Positions 12,046 through 25,206 of a stretch of 64,000 bases of DNA are shown one piece after another. The translations under genes and the position numbers were made by a program. Numbering within the stretch: position 1 is the first letter of the stretch; the number at the start of each line of letters is the position of its first letter. The stretch comes from Octopus bimaculoides. Lineage: Eukaryota. The notes beneath the pieces are model-generated. The model was not told the origin of the DNA. It did no database searches and was given only the letters and a program-made list of their open reading frames with translations. The stretch is taken from positions 78,489,043 through 78,553,042 of the forward strand of contig NC_068983.1 in assembly GCF_001194135.2 (NCBI RefSeq), given 5' to 3'.

Positions 12046-12440
12046 AGTCATCATCATCTGGTCACATTGTTTGCATGGATTCCCATGACTCTCTGTTGCC
12101 ATCCAATTCTATTGTTCATCATATTCAGCAGATCAGAACGATTGCAGTTTATGTCATCACAAATCTTGTTGTCCTATGCTAGCTCTTCCTTGTGTAGACA
12201 CCCATAAAAAAACTCCACTAATAATTTCATTAGCTCTCCAGTAATGCCCTGTGAATCTGATTCTATCCTTTTTGGCGATGTCTGTTACTGGACCAAGTTT
12301 CCCATACAAATTCTACCAGAGATACTGAGTTGAAAATAAACAGTTTCTTTGTGTATTTAAATGACTAAAGTGAGTCTTCCATGCAACATCTGCAAAAGGT
12401 TCTAACATAATCAAAATAAAATGCTTCTATTCTCATGGAC
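12046..12440 (-). mobile_element. RTE-like LINE 3' end, decayed, with (GAT)n tail
   Basis: Minus strand reads AWKTH..NLYGKLGPVTDIAKKDRIRFTGHYWRANEII..LW...NNRIGWQQRV, followed by GATGATGATGAC. Confidence 0.75.
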
Positions 12441-12609
12441 CATGGCAGAAAAACAATGAAGTTGCTTTTGATAGCAGAAAATTCTTTTGCAATACTTGAA
12501 ATAAGCCTACAAGGGTCCCTCTTCATTGTGGTTTGACTGCTAGAAATAATAGCTACATTTTTCTCAGATTATACCCAGCTATCTTTAAGAAGAGACACAT
12601 TAGATAATA

Positions 12610-12783
12610 TAGTCCTAGATACACAATGCTTGAGTAAAAGGAATGTAGTCCTAGATACACAATGCTTGAGTAAAAGGAATGTAGTCCTAGATACACAATG
12701 CTTGAGTAAAAGGAATGTAGTCCTACATACACGATGCTTGAGTAAAAGGAATGTAGTCCTAGATACACAATGCTTGAGTAAAG
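12610..12783. repeat. 36-bp tandem repeat, ~4.8 copies (TAGTCCTAGATACACAATGCTTGAGTAAAAGGAATG)
   Basis: Near-identical head-to-tail units with no spacers, embedded in a dispersed repeat starting ~12520. Confidence 0.92.
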
Positions 12784-12964
12784 GGAGATTAAGGTGGTCA
12801 TGGATAGAAAAGATTTGACCATAAACTTTTTTGGTCAGAGTTGATGTAGAGTAAGAAACATTGACAATTGACAAGTCCCTTAACCCCTTGGGGGACGTTG
12901 GTGTGCTGCAGTCATGCAGTGTATCTAAGGCGAGAAAACCTGGTGGAGCCCATCCCTCTCCAGG

Positions 12965-13270
12965 CTAAACTAATTTCTACAGCTGAGTGGACTGGAGCAA
13001 CATGAAATAAAGTATTTTGCTCAAGAACACAGTGGATCACCAGGTTTTAGGATCAAAACCACAATCTTACAGTCATGAACCCAACACTCTAACCACTAAG
13101 TGACATGCCTCCACTAGTGATATTCGTTTTTACAGTTGAGCGTACTGGAGCAATATGAAGTGTTTTGTTCAAGAACACAATACATTGCCCAGTCCAGGAA
13201 TCGAAACTGCAATCTTACAACCGTGAGACCAACACCCTACGTCCAACACCACTAAGCCATGTGCCTCCAT
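12965..13270 (-). mobile_element. Two adjacent copies of tRNA-headed SINE family E
   Basis: Reverse of GGAGGC..GGC.TAGTGGTTAG..GTTCTTGAGCAA.ATACTT.ATT.CA.TTGCTCCAGT.CACTCAGCTG; the plus-strand copy is at 19880-20225. Confidence 0.7.
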
Positions 13271-14479
13271 CTGTTGATTATTATAAGTTGATTATATTGG
13301 GAATGCAAATGTAAAGGCCTCAAGATATAGGTATATATGTTTCTTACTGGAAGAAACATATATGGAAGAAAGATTGAAGGCTGCCTGAGTGTAATTGGTT
13401 ACTTGTCTCTCTGGATTACAGATAATGAGTGATTCAGATACTACAGACAACTTTCTATCTTTTTTCTATCCTAGTGAGGTTTTAAGCTAATGTATTATAA
13501 GCTATTTATATCTGAATTCTCTTTGAGATACAGCCTTAATATTTCTCAACATATTTCTCAATGCTTTTACATCTGTGTTGTAAATCTAAGCAAATTGAAT
13601 TTAAAGCATCTAATTTGATAGATGAACGATGGGGACAACTTTATTGTAATTGTTAATATGTCTGTTTGGGTTTGAGAATATGCAAGGTTTAAGTCCTACA
13701 GGCAGCTTCCTACCTTTTCCCATTCCAGAGGGTTGCAACTCAATGTATAATATTATCTGTAGTTGAATTCACTTTGAGACACATCATGAATAAAGATTTA
13801 TTGAAATAGATAAGTTGTAGTAATGTTGTTCATTTTCAGTCTTCTTAGAAAAACATGTGTGGCTATGAGGAAATACTGCCTTATCTGGAAACAGGTGAGA
13901 GTTGGTGACAGGAAGGGCATCTAACCATAGAAAATTTGCCTCAGCAGAAATTGCACATGACCCATGCAATCATGGAAAAGTGGATGTTAAATGGTAGTGA
14001 CATCAATGACTATGATGGCAATGATGATGATGGTAGTGGTGGTGGTGACAATGAGGATATTCAATGTAGTGACTAATGTAGCCACTTATACAATGAAGAA
14101 AAGGCAATGTTAACTCAACGTTATTATCTTAATCTATCAGACATGAAAAGAAACAACTTCACAGATGTTTCAGTTTTGTTAAACTTTTTCAGCAAAAGCA
14201 TATGCTTCACTCTTTGTACCAAAGTACTTATGAGAGAACTACCAAGTAAATGTACAATGGCATATATTGTACATGAGAAATTTTAACATAATTTTTTTAA
14301 ATATTGACCACCCAGGGACAAAACTGAAGGTTTCTTACAGACAACTCCATTGATGCATACTCTGACCGGACTGTATTTTACCCTGTATTCCATCAGCTGT
14401 AGTATACATCAATTCCATTACAGTTAATCCTATTCTATATATTTTTTCAGTTGGCTGACATTGGCTGACATCATATGAA

Positions 14480-14695
14480 ATATTACTTTCAAATTTTGGC
14501 ACAAGGCTAGCAATTTCAGGGGAGGGGTTAAATTAAATGCATTGACTCTAGTGCTCAACTGGTTCTTATTTTATCAACCCCAAAAGGATGAAAGGCAAAG
14601 TCGACCTTAGAAGTATTTGAATTCAGAATGTACAGATGGAGGAAATGTCACCAAGCATTTTATCCAGTGTGCTAAAAATTCTGCCAACTTGCATC
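14480..14695 (-). mobile_element. SINE family B
   Basis: AAGGATGAAAGGCAAAGTCGACC..TTTGAATTCAGAATGT..TTCTGCCAACTTGC. Confidence 0.8.
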
Positions 14696-16544
14696 ATATG
14701 AAATATTGATTAAGGCTTTTACTGCATTATTTATATAAAGGGCAATGTTATGTATTATATCATTTCAGGTTCTATGTAATAGAAATTAATATTTGAAAGA
14801 TTCCATAATTATACCACATAATTAATAAGAATGTTTAAAGCTTGAATTTATCAATTTGTCATATGCAATGCATGACATTATAAAATCTTAATGTCAAGTT
14901 GGTGAAAACAACTGCTATTAGTATTAATACTGGTGGATGCTGAAAGGAAGTAAACTTATAATAAAAACATTAAGAAAGATTTAAATTTGCCCCAAGTAAC
15001 TCTACTGTTTCTCATACACAACTACAATACAAAAATATTTCTAGAAGAAATAGCAATGTTATGAATAACAGGCTAAACTAATATGTTTTGCAACAAAATC
15101 TGAAACACCATTTCTTATTCCTGATTGCTCATAAATTTGACTTTATTTCATCGTAATAAAAACGAATTCTATTATGTGAACTGTTTAGAGATGTTAAAGT
15201 TTTCAATGTTTGTGTTCATATATGTAAACATGCTTGTATATTTATTCTTCCCAACTTAATATCAGTCTTTGTTTTCATTTATGAATGAATATGAACAGAT
15301 TTTATAGAGAAACAGTTTTTGTGGATGGAATATGCAAATATCATAATATATGTGCAAATGTCCTGTGGACAGTCATTAATTTTCCTAAAACAAACAGCAA
15401 GGAATGGCAATTCAGAGAATTAAATGATAACTAATGTTATTTTGTTTTGCAACATTTCAAATATTTTTATAAGGAGAAAAAAATGAAATCTAGTTAAGAG
15501 AAACTCTATCAAAGTCTGAGTTCAAAAAGTTCTATACTATATTATATGTCAAAGCAATGATTATATCAGAAGTTGTGTAGTAAATTCAAATTGTCTTAAA
15601 TTTGTTTCATGTCTTTGGTTTAATATTTTATTGTGTATCAGCGTTAAAACTCTAGGAAAGAATATTTAAAGCAACTATATAAACTCTATTTCACAAAAAT
15701 ATTGTTGAAGGCACTGTTCTATAAATATTTTAATTTAGACAACATTTAGACAAGTGTTTGACACTTGTTAGTAGGATTTGCTTAGCACTAAAGAGAAGTT
15801 GAATTTTCTTATTGAAGTAGCACTACCACAACATCTCTTGCTGGATACAAAGTAGCAAGCATTCTACACTTTAAACTGAAGAATTTCAGAAAGGAATTTA
15901 GCTTTTAGATTCAATTAAACATTATCAAATGGGTGCACCAAAGCTTGTAACACAAAAGTGGATAATGTGGTGAATATTAATGTTAAAATTAAGATCTTAT
16001 CACCATAAATGAGTAGCAAGGAAGGTGTGTTAAAGGACCAGTTTGATGCTCTTCCTCATTAGCATTATCTTTCACTCAACAGCAACTCATTAGTTCACTG
16101 AATTATGAGCATTTCACTCCAAGTATTTGAGTCACTGTTTGGTTTTCAAGACTGTGTAACAATAAGAATATAGAAAGTCTTATTTACTGTAATTATTTCC
16201 CCAATGAAGAAGAATGAATTGTAGCATGCATATACCATCCATATCACATCCTGAAAGGACTACCTACACGCTAGTGGATACCCCAAGAATGATTAGAACA
16301 TAATTACAAGCTTTTTATTTTATCTTATATAATGCATCTTCAAAAGGTTTAAAAATTTATGGTTATTAATATGGCATTACTGAGGAGTAGGTTTATATTA
16401 AGCAGGAAATGTATGCATGTGTGTGAAAGTATATATGTTCTCTTCAGCTTTTAATTATCTAAATTCCTCCTCTCAGGAAGGAGCTGGTTTCTAACAAAGA
16501 TACAAAGTTTCATCACTAGAATGTAGGTAACAAAAACAATGTCA

Positions 16545-17900
16545 CATTTCAAACTTGAGTAAAGTCTTGCATATTCTTATTGTTCCACTTACAGTTTGTA
16601 TTTGAAATGTGCAAGGTAGTTGGTTAATTTTCTGAAAACCTTGGCTTATCCATATTGTCACACTAAGGCATTTACTCTCAAAACCAAGTGCATCAATTAT
16701 TATCGGTATAAATGTGAATTTATAATCTGGATACAGAAGCTGGGAGTTTTAAAAGCTAGGGGTCCATAGTTATCCTCTTTCTCTTCAATTTTCAAAGAGA
16801 TATTTACATCAGCAGGACAGCTGACCTCCCTGACATTACATACCTTTCCTTGTCTGTCCCAAACAACAATATCCTCCTCTAATGTTTACACTTGACAGTT
16901 GTTTTGATGTGAATGTTCCATCAGTATTCTATGTGTTTATTTTTGTTTATGAATTCAACAACAAGGCGATTCTTTATATTTATTGCAGGACAGTCTTTTT
17001 CCAGATGGCATTGTATATTGTCTTTGCAACAATGTCATGATGCATAAGGGCGTAGACTTTGATGTAATTCTAGGACAGCTGCCAATCACATGTGTGATGT
17101 TTTCCATGAAAATATAACTTAATCTACATTTTCGGTTGCACCTTGGAGTTCCAAGGGCTTCACTGTCTTTTTTTTGTTTGTTCAGTATTTGGTAGCAATC
17201 TTCTGTTTTTGGATAGCCGTTGAAGTGTGATGTACTGTTCTGTAGTGGTTATGAGTCCAACAGAGGTTTCACTTCATGTCAATATTACTGTCTTCTTCAA
17301 GCCTTTGGGAAACACAGTCTATGCATAGTTTTTTTTTTTCTTTGGTATGTTGGGTGCTTCACATCCAGGTCTTCTTTGAGGTCTGTTAATCTGGCTATTT
17401 TGGGTTATGTGAGAGGTCATCCAGAAGAGAGTGCTTCATGAGAAACTTGCTGCTGCCATGAAATATATTTTTCTCTTCACTTTTCAGCACAAAGCTAATG
17501 CCTTTAATTTTGCTGCTGATGTTTAGCAAATATTGTCTTAGAGAGACTATATGACATTCGAATGTTGTCTGCACTGCACTCTAGCCTCCACCTCCTTCGT
17601 CTCCTTTTTGGTAGAGCCTGTCAATATTATTATTTTTGTGGAGATTTCCAGATGAAGTCAGTATCTCACAGGTTTTACTGTCTCTGGAGTGGATTTCCTC
17701 AACAGACCACTCAAGTAACCCATATGTCTGTCTGTATGTATGTATGTATGTATGTATGTATGTATTCTTACTGTACCATGATAGTCTTTTTGAAAAAAAC
17801 TTCACTCATTTGCTTTTACAGCTTTACTATTGTGCTGTATGTTTATTACATACCTTTACATTTTGCAATAAAATAGGGCATAATCTGTTAATAACTCCCA
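16545..17900 (-). mobile_element. Decayed R4/Dong-clade non-LTR retrotransposon (RT C-terminus, Zn knuckle, restriction-like endonuclease)
   Basis: YGLLEWSVEEI..DSKT..LT..NLH.N..IDRLYQK..EGG.G; AIQ.Q.IATKY; KCRL..ENITHVIGSCP..HDIVAK; WNIHIKTTVKCKH..DIVVWDR..EVSCPADVNISLKIEEKE.NYGPL; QIQTVSGTIRICKTLLKFEM*. Multiple stops and frameshifts. Confidence 0.85.
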
Positions 17901-18683
17901 AAATGAATAAATTTTATTTTCTTTATATTAGCTGACAATGGTTTTAATATTACAGAATTTTCAAAAACAATCTAAAGATAGTTAAACATGTTGCCTCTCT
18001 GGTCATATATAGTGGTATATTAATCATGTTTGCACATTTCTGGTTATTAGTAGTATCATCATGTGTTTCCAATGAAACTGCTCTCTGTTTTTACATTATG
18101 GATTTTTTGCATTTATATATATATATCTTAAACTGAAACAAGAATCTGGATGATTTATATTTATCATGTTTACTTTTGATGACCTATCTTAATGACAAAT
18201 GGGAGAACTAAACAGATTCAGCTATATTCAAGAATCCACAGTTTCAATATTCAATTGTCTTATGTACATTTTGTAGTAAGTCAAGGGAATACAAATTATA
18301 TTCAACAGAATAATTTCCCAGACAAAACTTGCCAATACAGATGCTTAATTATTCATATCAGCAATGTGAGAAATAAATAATTTTTTTGAATTATTTCTTA
18401 TATATATTTTAACTGGGCAATATCCATTATATTTTTAAATATGTGAAATTTATATCTTTCGAAATGGTTTTATGGAAATTACTGATCTAAAAGTTGCTAC
18501 ATACATACAGAAATTCAAAGGAACTAACTTTTAAATTTATGTATAATGTTACAAAAATTTTTCCAATTGTCTGAACTTTAAATTGTTAAAATATTTTATT
18601 AGTTCTTGAAAATTCAAAGTATTACATAACAAAATTTAGGAATATTTATAAATTACAAAACGATATTAAAAAAAAAATCATAC

Positions 18684-18730
18684 CTCACATATAGGATCTT
18701 GCATTCATACTCACAAGGAATGTACTCTCT
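18684..18730 (-). CDS. Candidate micro-exon (REYIPCEYECKILYV)
   Basis: Acceptor TGTTGCTTTGTAAAG, donor GAG|GTATGA (an internal CTT|GTGAGT is also possible), open frame. Confidence 0.25.
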
Positions 18731-19879
18731 CTTTACAAAGCAACATAGATTATGAGCAAACTACACAACCTCTATGAGGTTGATACCTCTACTACTTATA
18801 GTAGTTAAATCATCATTAATTCAAACCTTGTCTTCTTTGAAAAAAAGGAAGATATTGAACAATGTGGTCTTAGATATAAAAAGAGATGGGTTGGTTATGC
18901 TTGGGCAGAACATTATCAACTTCAGTATGTATAAACATACAATTCCTTGAGTTCTTGAATAAGGATCAATTGTAGCAGGCCCAAACTATGAAATACACAG
19001 ACACAGTAACATAGTAGGAATACTTCTGGAATCTATTCTGATTTATTTTATAAAATATATAAAATACACATCTAATAAAATACACATCTAATGAAACATG
19101 AAATACACATCTAATGAATTTAAATCAGGACCTCTGCACATGTGTACATACTTACTGTAAACAAAGCATTGCTGATTATTTGTTAGAAGCTCATGTAAAA
19201 AAGCATATCTGTGCTTCTTGATATGTTTGCTGATTGTTAGCAGAATCCTCATCATTTTTATTGACAGTCCTTCATGAAAACATGTCTGGACTTTCTGTGG
19301 TTCAATAGACTTGGGTATTATTACTTTGCTTAGAAATAAGTTAGAGTTGGTCTCAAGAAGGATATTTATTCATAGAAGGCTCTACCTCAAAGTAGTTTCA
19401 TGAGACTCAAGCAACCATGAAAAAGTAAACATTAAAAATGATGAGAATGATTTGTGCTGTTTGTCTCTCACAACTTGACAACTGCCGTTAATTTATTTAG
19501 GCCCAAATAATTTATAAATTTATACAAGAGAGACAGGTATAAAAAGTACAAGTCTTGAAAAAAATACTAGGGTCTAATTTGGTTGACTAAACCTTTTAGG
19601 GTGGTGCTCCAGCATGGTTGCAGTAAAATAACTGAAAACAATAAACTAATAAAAGTGGTTTTTTGTTGTTGCTTCAGGCCGCAGCGATCACACAAACCTA
19701 TGAACACAGATCTTCTCTGACAACCTTCTTTATATTAGGTATGTTATGTCCAATCCAATATGTCCCTTTTAAAAAAAATATGGTGGTAGGGGCAGTTGAT
19801 TGTTGTTTATAGCAGTTCTAAGGAATACATAGAAGTTTCTCAGATATAATTTAAAGGTACTGTCATAGTTTTATACAGT

Positions 19880-20225
19880 GAAGATTCATGGCTCAATGGT
19901 TGTTAAAGCATTGGGCTCACAATCATGAGGCAGTGAGCTTGATTCCCAGATCAGGAAGACACTTGAGCAAGACACTTGAGCAAGACACTTTATTCTACGT
20001 CGCTCCAGTTCACTCAGCTCTAGAAATTAGTTATGATATCAATGGTGCCAAGCTGTATCTGCCTTTTCCCTGGATATCATCGGTAGCATGGTGTGGGGAG
20101 ACTGGTATGCATAGGCGTCTGCTGGTCTTCCACAAGCAACCTTGCTCAGACTTGTTCCTTGGTGGGGAACTTTCTAAGCGCAATCCCATTGCCATTTATG
20201 ACCAAAGTGGGTCTTACCCTTTTTT
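19880..20225 (+). mobile_element. tRNA-headed SINE family E
   Basis: ATGGCTCAATGGTT A-box-like start, TTGATTCCC B-box-like, CTTGAGCAAGACACTT duplicated, GCTCCAGTTCACTCAGCT. Confidence 0.7.
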
Positions 20226-21989
20226 TATAGTTTTATAGATAGTCCCTGGACTATCTTGTTTCACTTCTTAAGCAGTGGAGAAAAAAAGCTGTTTCAGGGC
20301 CCTTTATTTTTCAGACCCTCAAAATCACCCAGTGACCAGATGATGGTATTAAACTGGACAACGGTTTAAGTTTGTCACCCGTGTAGGCCATGGTAAGATT
20401 TGAACTGTGAATGCAAAGAGCTGGAAGAAATAATGTGAAGCATCTCATCCAAGACATCAGCAATTTCAGCAAGCTATTGAAGCTAACCTCAGTGAGATTT
20501 GAAATTAGAAGACAGTGAATCACAACAAACACGACAAGGTGTTTAGTACCAACCTCTAATGACTGCCTATTTATCCTCTTTCTCATTAAATGTATTTATT
20601 ATTACATTTAGGTTAATTAGTACACTTAGGTTAAAAGTATAAAAAATATTGACTCACCTCAAAAGACATTGATGACTTAGTCTCAGATCTTGTTAATCAG
20701 TGTAACTAAACTTAATGTATTGAAATGAAACAACAAAATAAGAAATCAACGTATGTGACATTTTATTGAGCGTGTGGATTACTGATATAATGATGCATCG
20801 TTAGTGGTTAATTGGCTAATTAATGAAAGTAATTGAGGTTGTGATGGACATGGAGTTGCGTTTAATACATCAAAGACGTCACATATAGGGATCACCTGCT
20901 CAAATATGATTGACCTAGGACTAAATGACTCTATCCACCTATACTTAGCACAGTGCAGTTTAAATGTTTCTCAAACCAAGCAAGAGACATTAATTTTTAA
21001 ATAACTAAATGAACCATACCCACAACATTAAGGATTCTATCAATCAGGGTTCACTATGTTGCTGCATCCAGAAAATTCCACTCCAGGGAGCAAGCCTGGT
21101 CTGTGTTTACTTAATTTATTTATTTTGTGAGTTTGGTTGTGGAAACCAGCAGTTGCCCATGCAGCAAGTCCCCCCACCCCCTTGATGCCATTGATATTCT
21201 TCCAGGAAAAGGTAAAGATTGATACTGAGAGACAGTAGTGTTACTGGAGATGAGCTCAGAACATAAAAAACTGAAACAAATACCACAAGGTATTTTGTCC
21301 AATGCTTCTACAATTCCACAAATCCATTGTCTTGGATTGATATTTATTTTACCAACCTTGAAGGACCAAAGTGAAATTCACTTCATTGAAATTTGATCTC
21401 ATAATATTAATAACATTAAGGCAATGTGCTTGTGTGTATGTGTGTTTTTATATTTGTGTATGTATGTATATATGTATTTGCATGCATGTATGTATATGCA
21501 TATCTATACAGGAAAGTGTTTTTAGCAATTTGAAGATTTATAAATGCATGAATGAGTATCACAATAGCACAAGGAAAGATAAAGGATCATTTTCGTTTTC
21601 CTCCACCCACAAATTTTAATCTGATATATACTTTTGAAATAATTCTGCATGTTGATAACAAATTTCACATTCATTACTTTGAAAAAGTTATAACAAAGAA
21701 GTTAGAAGTATTTAAAGCTATGTGTTTTTAGTTAATGAATTTAAACTGGTCTTCACAGAGGAATTCAAAACTATTTGTTGTCATGGCAACTCCATTCATT
21801 AATTATTTTTTCATCCCATAGCTGCATATACTGGAGATGTAGTAGGGGAGAATGTCAAGAATCTGCATCCATTAGAAGGAGGGGCATGTGGTTGGAGGAT
21901 GGAACCCTTCGACTTCAGAGTTTGGTTTTATTTATCTACAGCTAGGCCAAAAGAATAGATAACAAGGTTTTAGAAAGGTGTAGCAGTAG

Positions 21990-22330
21990 ACTAAAAACAA
22001 TGTAAAACTGAACTATTGAACTGTCGACGTTAGTGGCTTGCCTTACCAAGGTGTAAGGTGATGCCCATGAGGGTGCTTGGCTGTTCCGATGCCATAATCT
22101 TGCCATTGTCCGTGGAATGCCACAAGCATGTTGGCTTGCTGTTTGCAGGTTCCATTGAACGTTGGGGTGTGAGACCAATTGAGGCACTTGGTGTTGAATT
22201 GATGTTTTTTTTTTTTCCTTTTTATCTTTATTTCTTTTTCTTATCTCTCTTTGTTCCACTTTTTCCATTTTTCTTCCCGGTTTTGTACTTATATTTTTCA
22301 TGTAGTTTTGTGTTATATATATTCCAATAA
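21990..22330 (+). mobile_element. CRE-like non-LTR retrotransposon 3' fragment
   Basis: GDAHEGAWLFRCHNLAIVRG(fs)NATSMLAC resembles the CRE-clade C-terminal motif (..FLFQRLSxAxxRGNAAxxL); T-rich 3' UTR and AATAAA at ~22325. Confidence 0.5.
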
Positions 22331-22839
22331 AGTTGATACTATACTTGAACTGTTGTATGCATTCTTTGAATTTCCTGATTTCAAGGCTTTTGCCACCAAA
22401 TAATTAATATACTAATATATTGCCATTTTCACTATTGTATATGTTTTAGTGTTTCCAGACATGTTGGTGTTTCCCTATTTTTTGTAATTTTGGACTTTGT
22501 TTCCATCTTACCATCGTATTCGATTATTATATAGCTTTATAAAAGTCTGTTATTTTTCAATTTTATCTTTATTTTTTTTACCTTTAATATGAACTTTTAT
22601 CGATCAAGATATTAATCATACACATATATATTTTATTATTGCATTATTACTCATTTTTTTAAAGTAATCGAACCTACCTTGAATTAAGTACATTCATCTT
22701 TTTACATATCCCCAAATATTTTCTCCAGATACTTACATATTTCGAAATTGATTTCTTCCATCTTATTTTGATCAATCTTTTCCCCTTTGCTTGTGTGTCT
22801 GTTTCTGTTTGTACCTGCTTTGGACTCTTTGGTAATAAT

Positions 22840-23012
22840 CCTTTCTATCAAAGGCACAAGGCCTGAAATTCACTAGTACTTAATTTATTGACCCTGAAAT
22901 GATAAACGGTAAAGTCCACCTCAGTGGCATTTGAACTCAGAATGTAGCAGCAGCTGAAATACCGTTAAACATTTCACTGGGCATGCTGATGATTTTGTCA
23001 ACTTGCCACCCT
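22840..23012 (-). mobile_element. SINE family B
   Basis: Reverse family B motifs. Confidence 0.75.
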
Positions 23013-23289
23013 ACAATCAGGTCTCTGTTTAATGCATGCTTTCTAATTGCTTCTACCTCCCCTATGTACTCATACTTGTTTATCCATATTTGATAAAAAT
23101 TGTCATTTTTGACTTAACCTAGCATCATTTAACCTAGCTTCCATATCCTCTTCTGTTTTCTTTTCTTTTTCTTCTGCATTCTTTTCTTTCTTTTCCTCTT
23201 CTACACATTTCTTTCTTCCTTGCATGTCATGAATTTGTCACTCGCCATTTTCTTTAGCAAGTTTCTTTAATTTTATTTATTTATTTATA

Positions 23290-23690
23290 GCTATAGGCGT
23301 GACTGTCTTGTAAGAGTTTTGGTTCCAAACCACATGGTTCCAGGTTCAATTCTCTTGCATGACACGTTGGGTATGTGCCTTCTACTATAGCCCCAAACTG
23401 ATCAAAGCCTTGTGAGTGAATTTGGTTGATGGAAAATGAAAGGAGTCTTGTATATGTGTGCATATATGTGTGTGTGTGTGTATGTGTGTGTGCATGTGTC
23501 ATTGTGTCTGTGTTAATCCTCCATCACGGTCTTACAACAGGTGTTAGTGTGTTTACATTCTCATAACTTAGCAGTTCAGCAAAACTGAATTATAAAATAA
23601 GTAACAAGCCTTTAAGAAGTAAGTACTGGGATCGATTTGTTCAACTAAAATTCTTCAACATGGCTACAAACTAATGACTAAAACAAGATA
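23290..23690 (+). mobile_element. SINE family A, decayed
   Basis: CCACATGGTTCCAGGTTCAATT..TTCTACTATAGCC..GATGGAAA..GAAAG plus tail. Confidence 0.75.
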
Positions 23691-23749
23691 AAAGATGTAT
23701 TTGTGATTTGATTTTTGAGATACATTCATTCACCTTTATTTATAATTTT

Positions 23750-24155
23750 AATTTACTCTTTTACTCTTTTACTTGTTTCAGTCATTTGACTGTGGCCATG
23801 CTGGAGCACCGCCTTTAGTCAAGCAAATCAACCCCAGGACTTATTCTTTGTATGCCTAGTACTTATTTTATCAGTCACTTTTGCCGAACTGCTAAGTTAT
23901 GGGGACGTAAACACACCAGCATCAGTTGTCAAGCGATGTTGGGGGGACAAACACAGACATATACACAAACATATACACATATATACATATATACGACAGG
24001 CTTCTTTCAGTTTCGTCTACCAAATCCACTCACAAGGCTTTGGTCGGCTCGAGTCTATAGTAGAAGACACTTGCCCAAGGTGCCACGCAGTGGGACTGAA
24101 CCTGGAGCCATGTGGTTGGTAAGCAAGCTACTTACCACACAGCCACTCCTACGCC
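23750..24155 (-). mobile_element. SINE family A, young full-length copy
   Basis: Near-exact reverse complement of 8651-9046. Confidence 0.92.
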
Positions 24156-24183
24156 TATATGTAATTTATATAATTTACGAAAT

Positions 24184-24405
24184 GGCAGTGAAACATGGGC
24201 TGTAACTGCTGAGGACATACGTAAGCTCGCAAGGAATGAAGCCAGTATGCTCCGTTGGATGTGTAATGTCAATGTGAATACCCGTCAGAGTGTAAGTATC
24301 TTGAGAGAAAAGCTGAACATTAGAAGCATCAGATGTGGTGTGCAAGAGAGACGATTGCGCTGGTATGGACATGTGGTGAGAATGGAGGAGGATAGCTGCG
24401 TGAAA
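24184..24405 (+). mobile_element. RTE-clade LINE, intact RT C-terminal segment running into a gap
   Basis: GSETWAVTAEDIRKLARNEASMLRWMCNV..LRWYGHVVRMEEDSCVK, no stops. Confidence 0.92.
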
Positions 24406-24981
24406 NNNNNNNNNNNNNNNNNNNNNNNNNNNNNNNNNNNNNNNNNNNNNNNNNNNNNNNNNNNNNNNNNNNNNNNNNNNNNNNNNNNNNNNNNNNNNNN
24501 NNNNNNNNNNNNNNNNNNNNNNNNNNNNNNNNNNNNNNNNNNNNNNNNNNNNNNNNNNNNNNNNNNNNNNNNNNNNNNNNNNNNNNNNNNNNNNNNNNNN
24601 NNNNNNNNNNNNNNNNNNNNNNNNNNNNNNNNNNNNNNNNNNNNNNNNNNNNNNNNNNNNNNNNNNNNNNNNNNNNNNNNNNNNNNNNNNNNNNNNNNNN
24701 NNNNNNNNNNNNNNNNNNNNNNNNNNNNNNNNNNNNNNNNNNNNNNNNNNNNNNNNNNNNNNNNNNNNNNNNNNNNNNNNNNNNNNNNNNNNNNNNNNNN
24801 NNNNNNNNNNNNNNNNNNNNNNNNNNNNNNNNNNNNNNNNNNNNNNNNNNNNNNNNNNNNNNNNNNNNNNNNNNNNNNNNNNNNNNNNNNNNNNNNNNNN
24901 NNNNNNNNNNNNNNNNNNNNNNNNNNNNNNNNNNNNNNNNNNNNNNNNNNNNNNNNNNNNNNNNNNNNNNNNNNNNNNNNN
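24406..24981. other. Assembly gap
   Basis: N run. Confidence 1.
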
Positions 24982-25014
<33 letters not shown>

Positions 25015-25015
25015 T

Positions 25016-25055
<40 letters not shown>

Positions 25056-25174
25056 GGGATAGATAAATAGATAGATAGATGTGTGTGTAAGTTATATATA
25101 TGCATATATATATAATTTATTAAAATATGTGAGCTACTATATTTGTTTAACAGAATTATTAATGTTGTGTGAAA

Positions 25175-25206
<32 letters not shown>

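Noticed and set aside
12610-12783. 36-bp repeats as a CRISPR array
   Set aside because: The units are contiguous with no unique spacers, there are no cas genes, and the context is eukaryotic.
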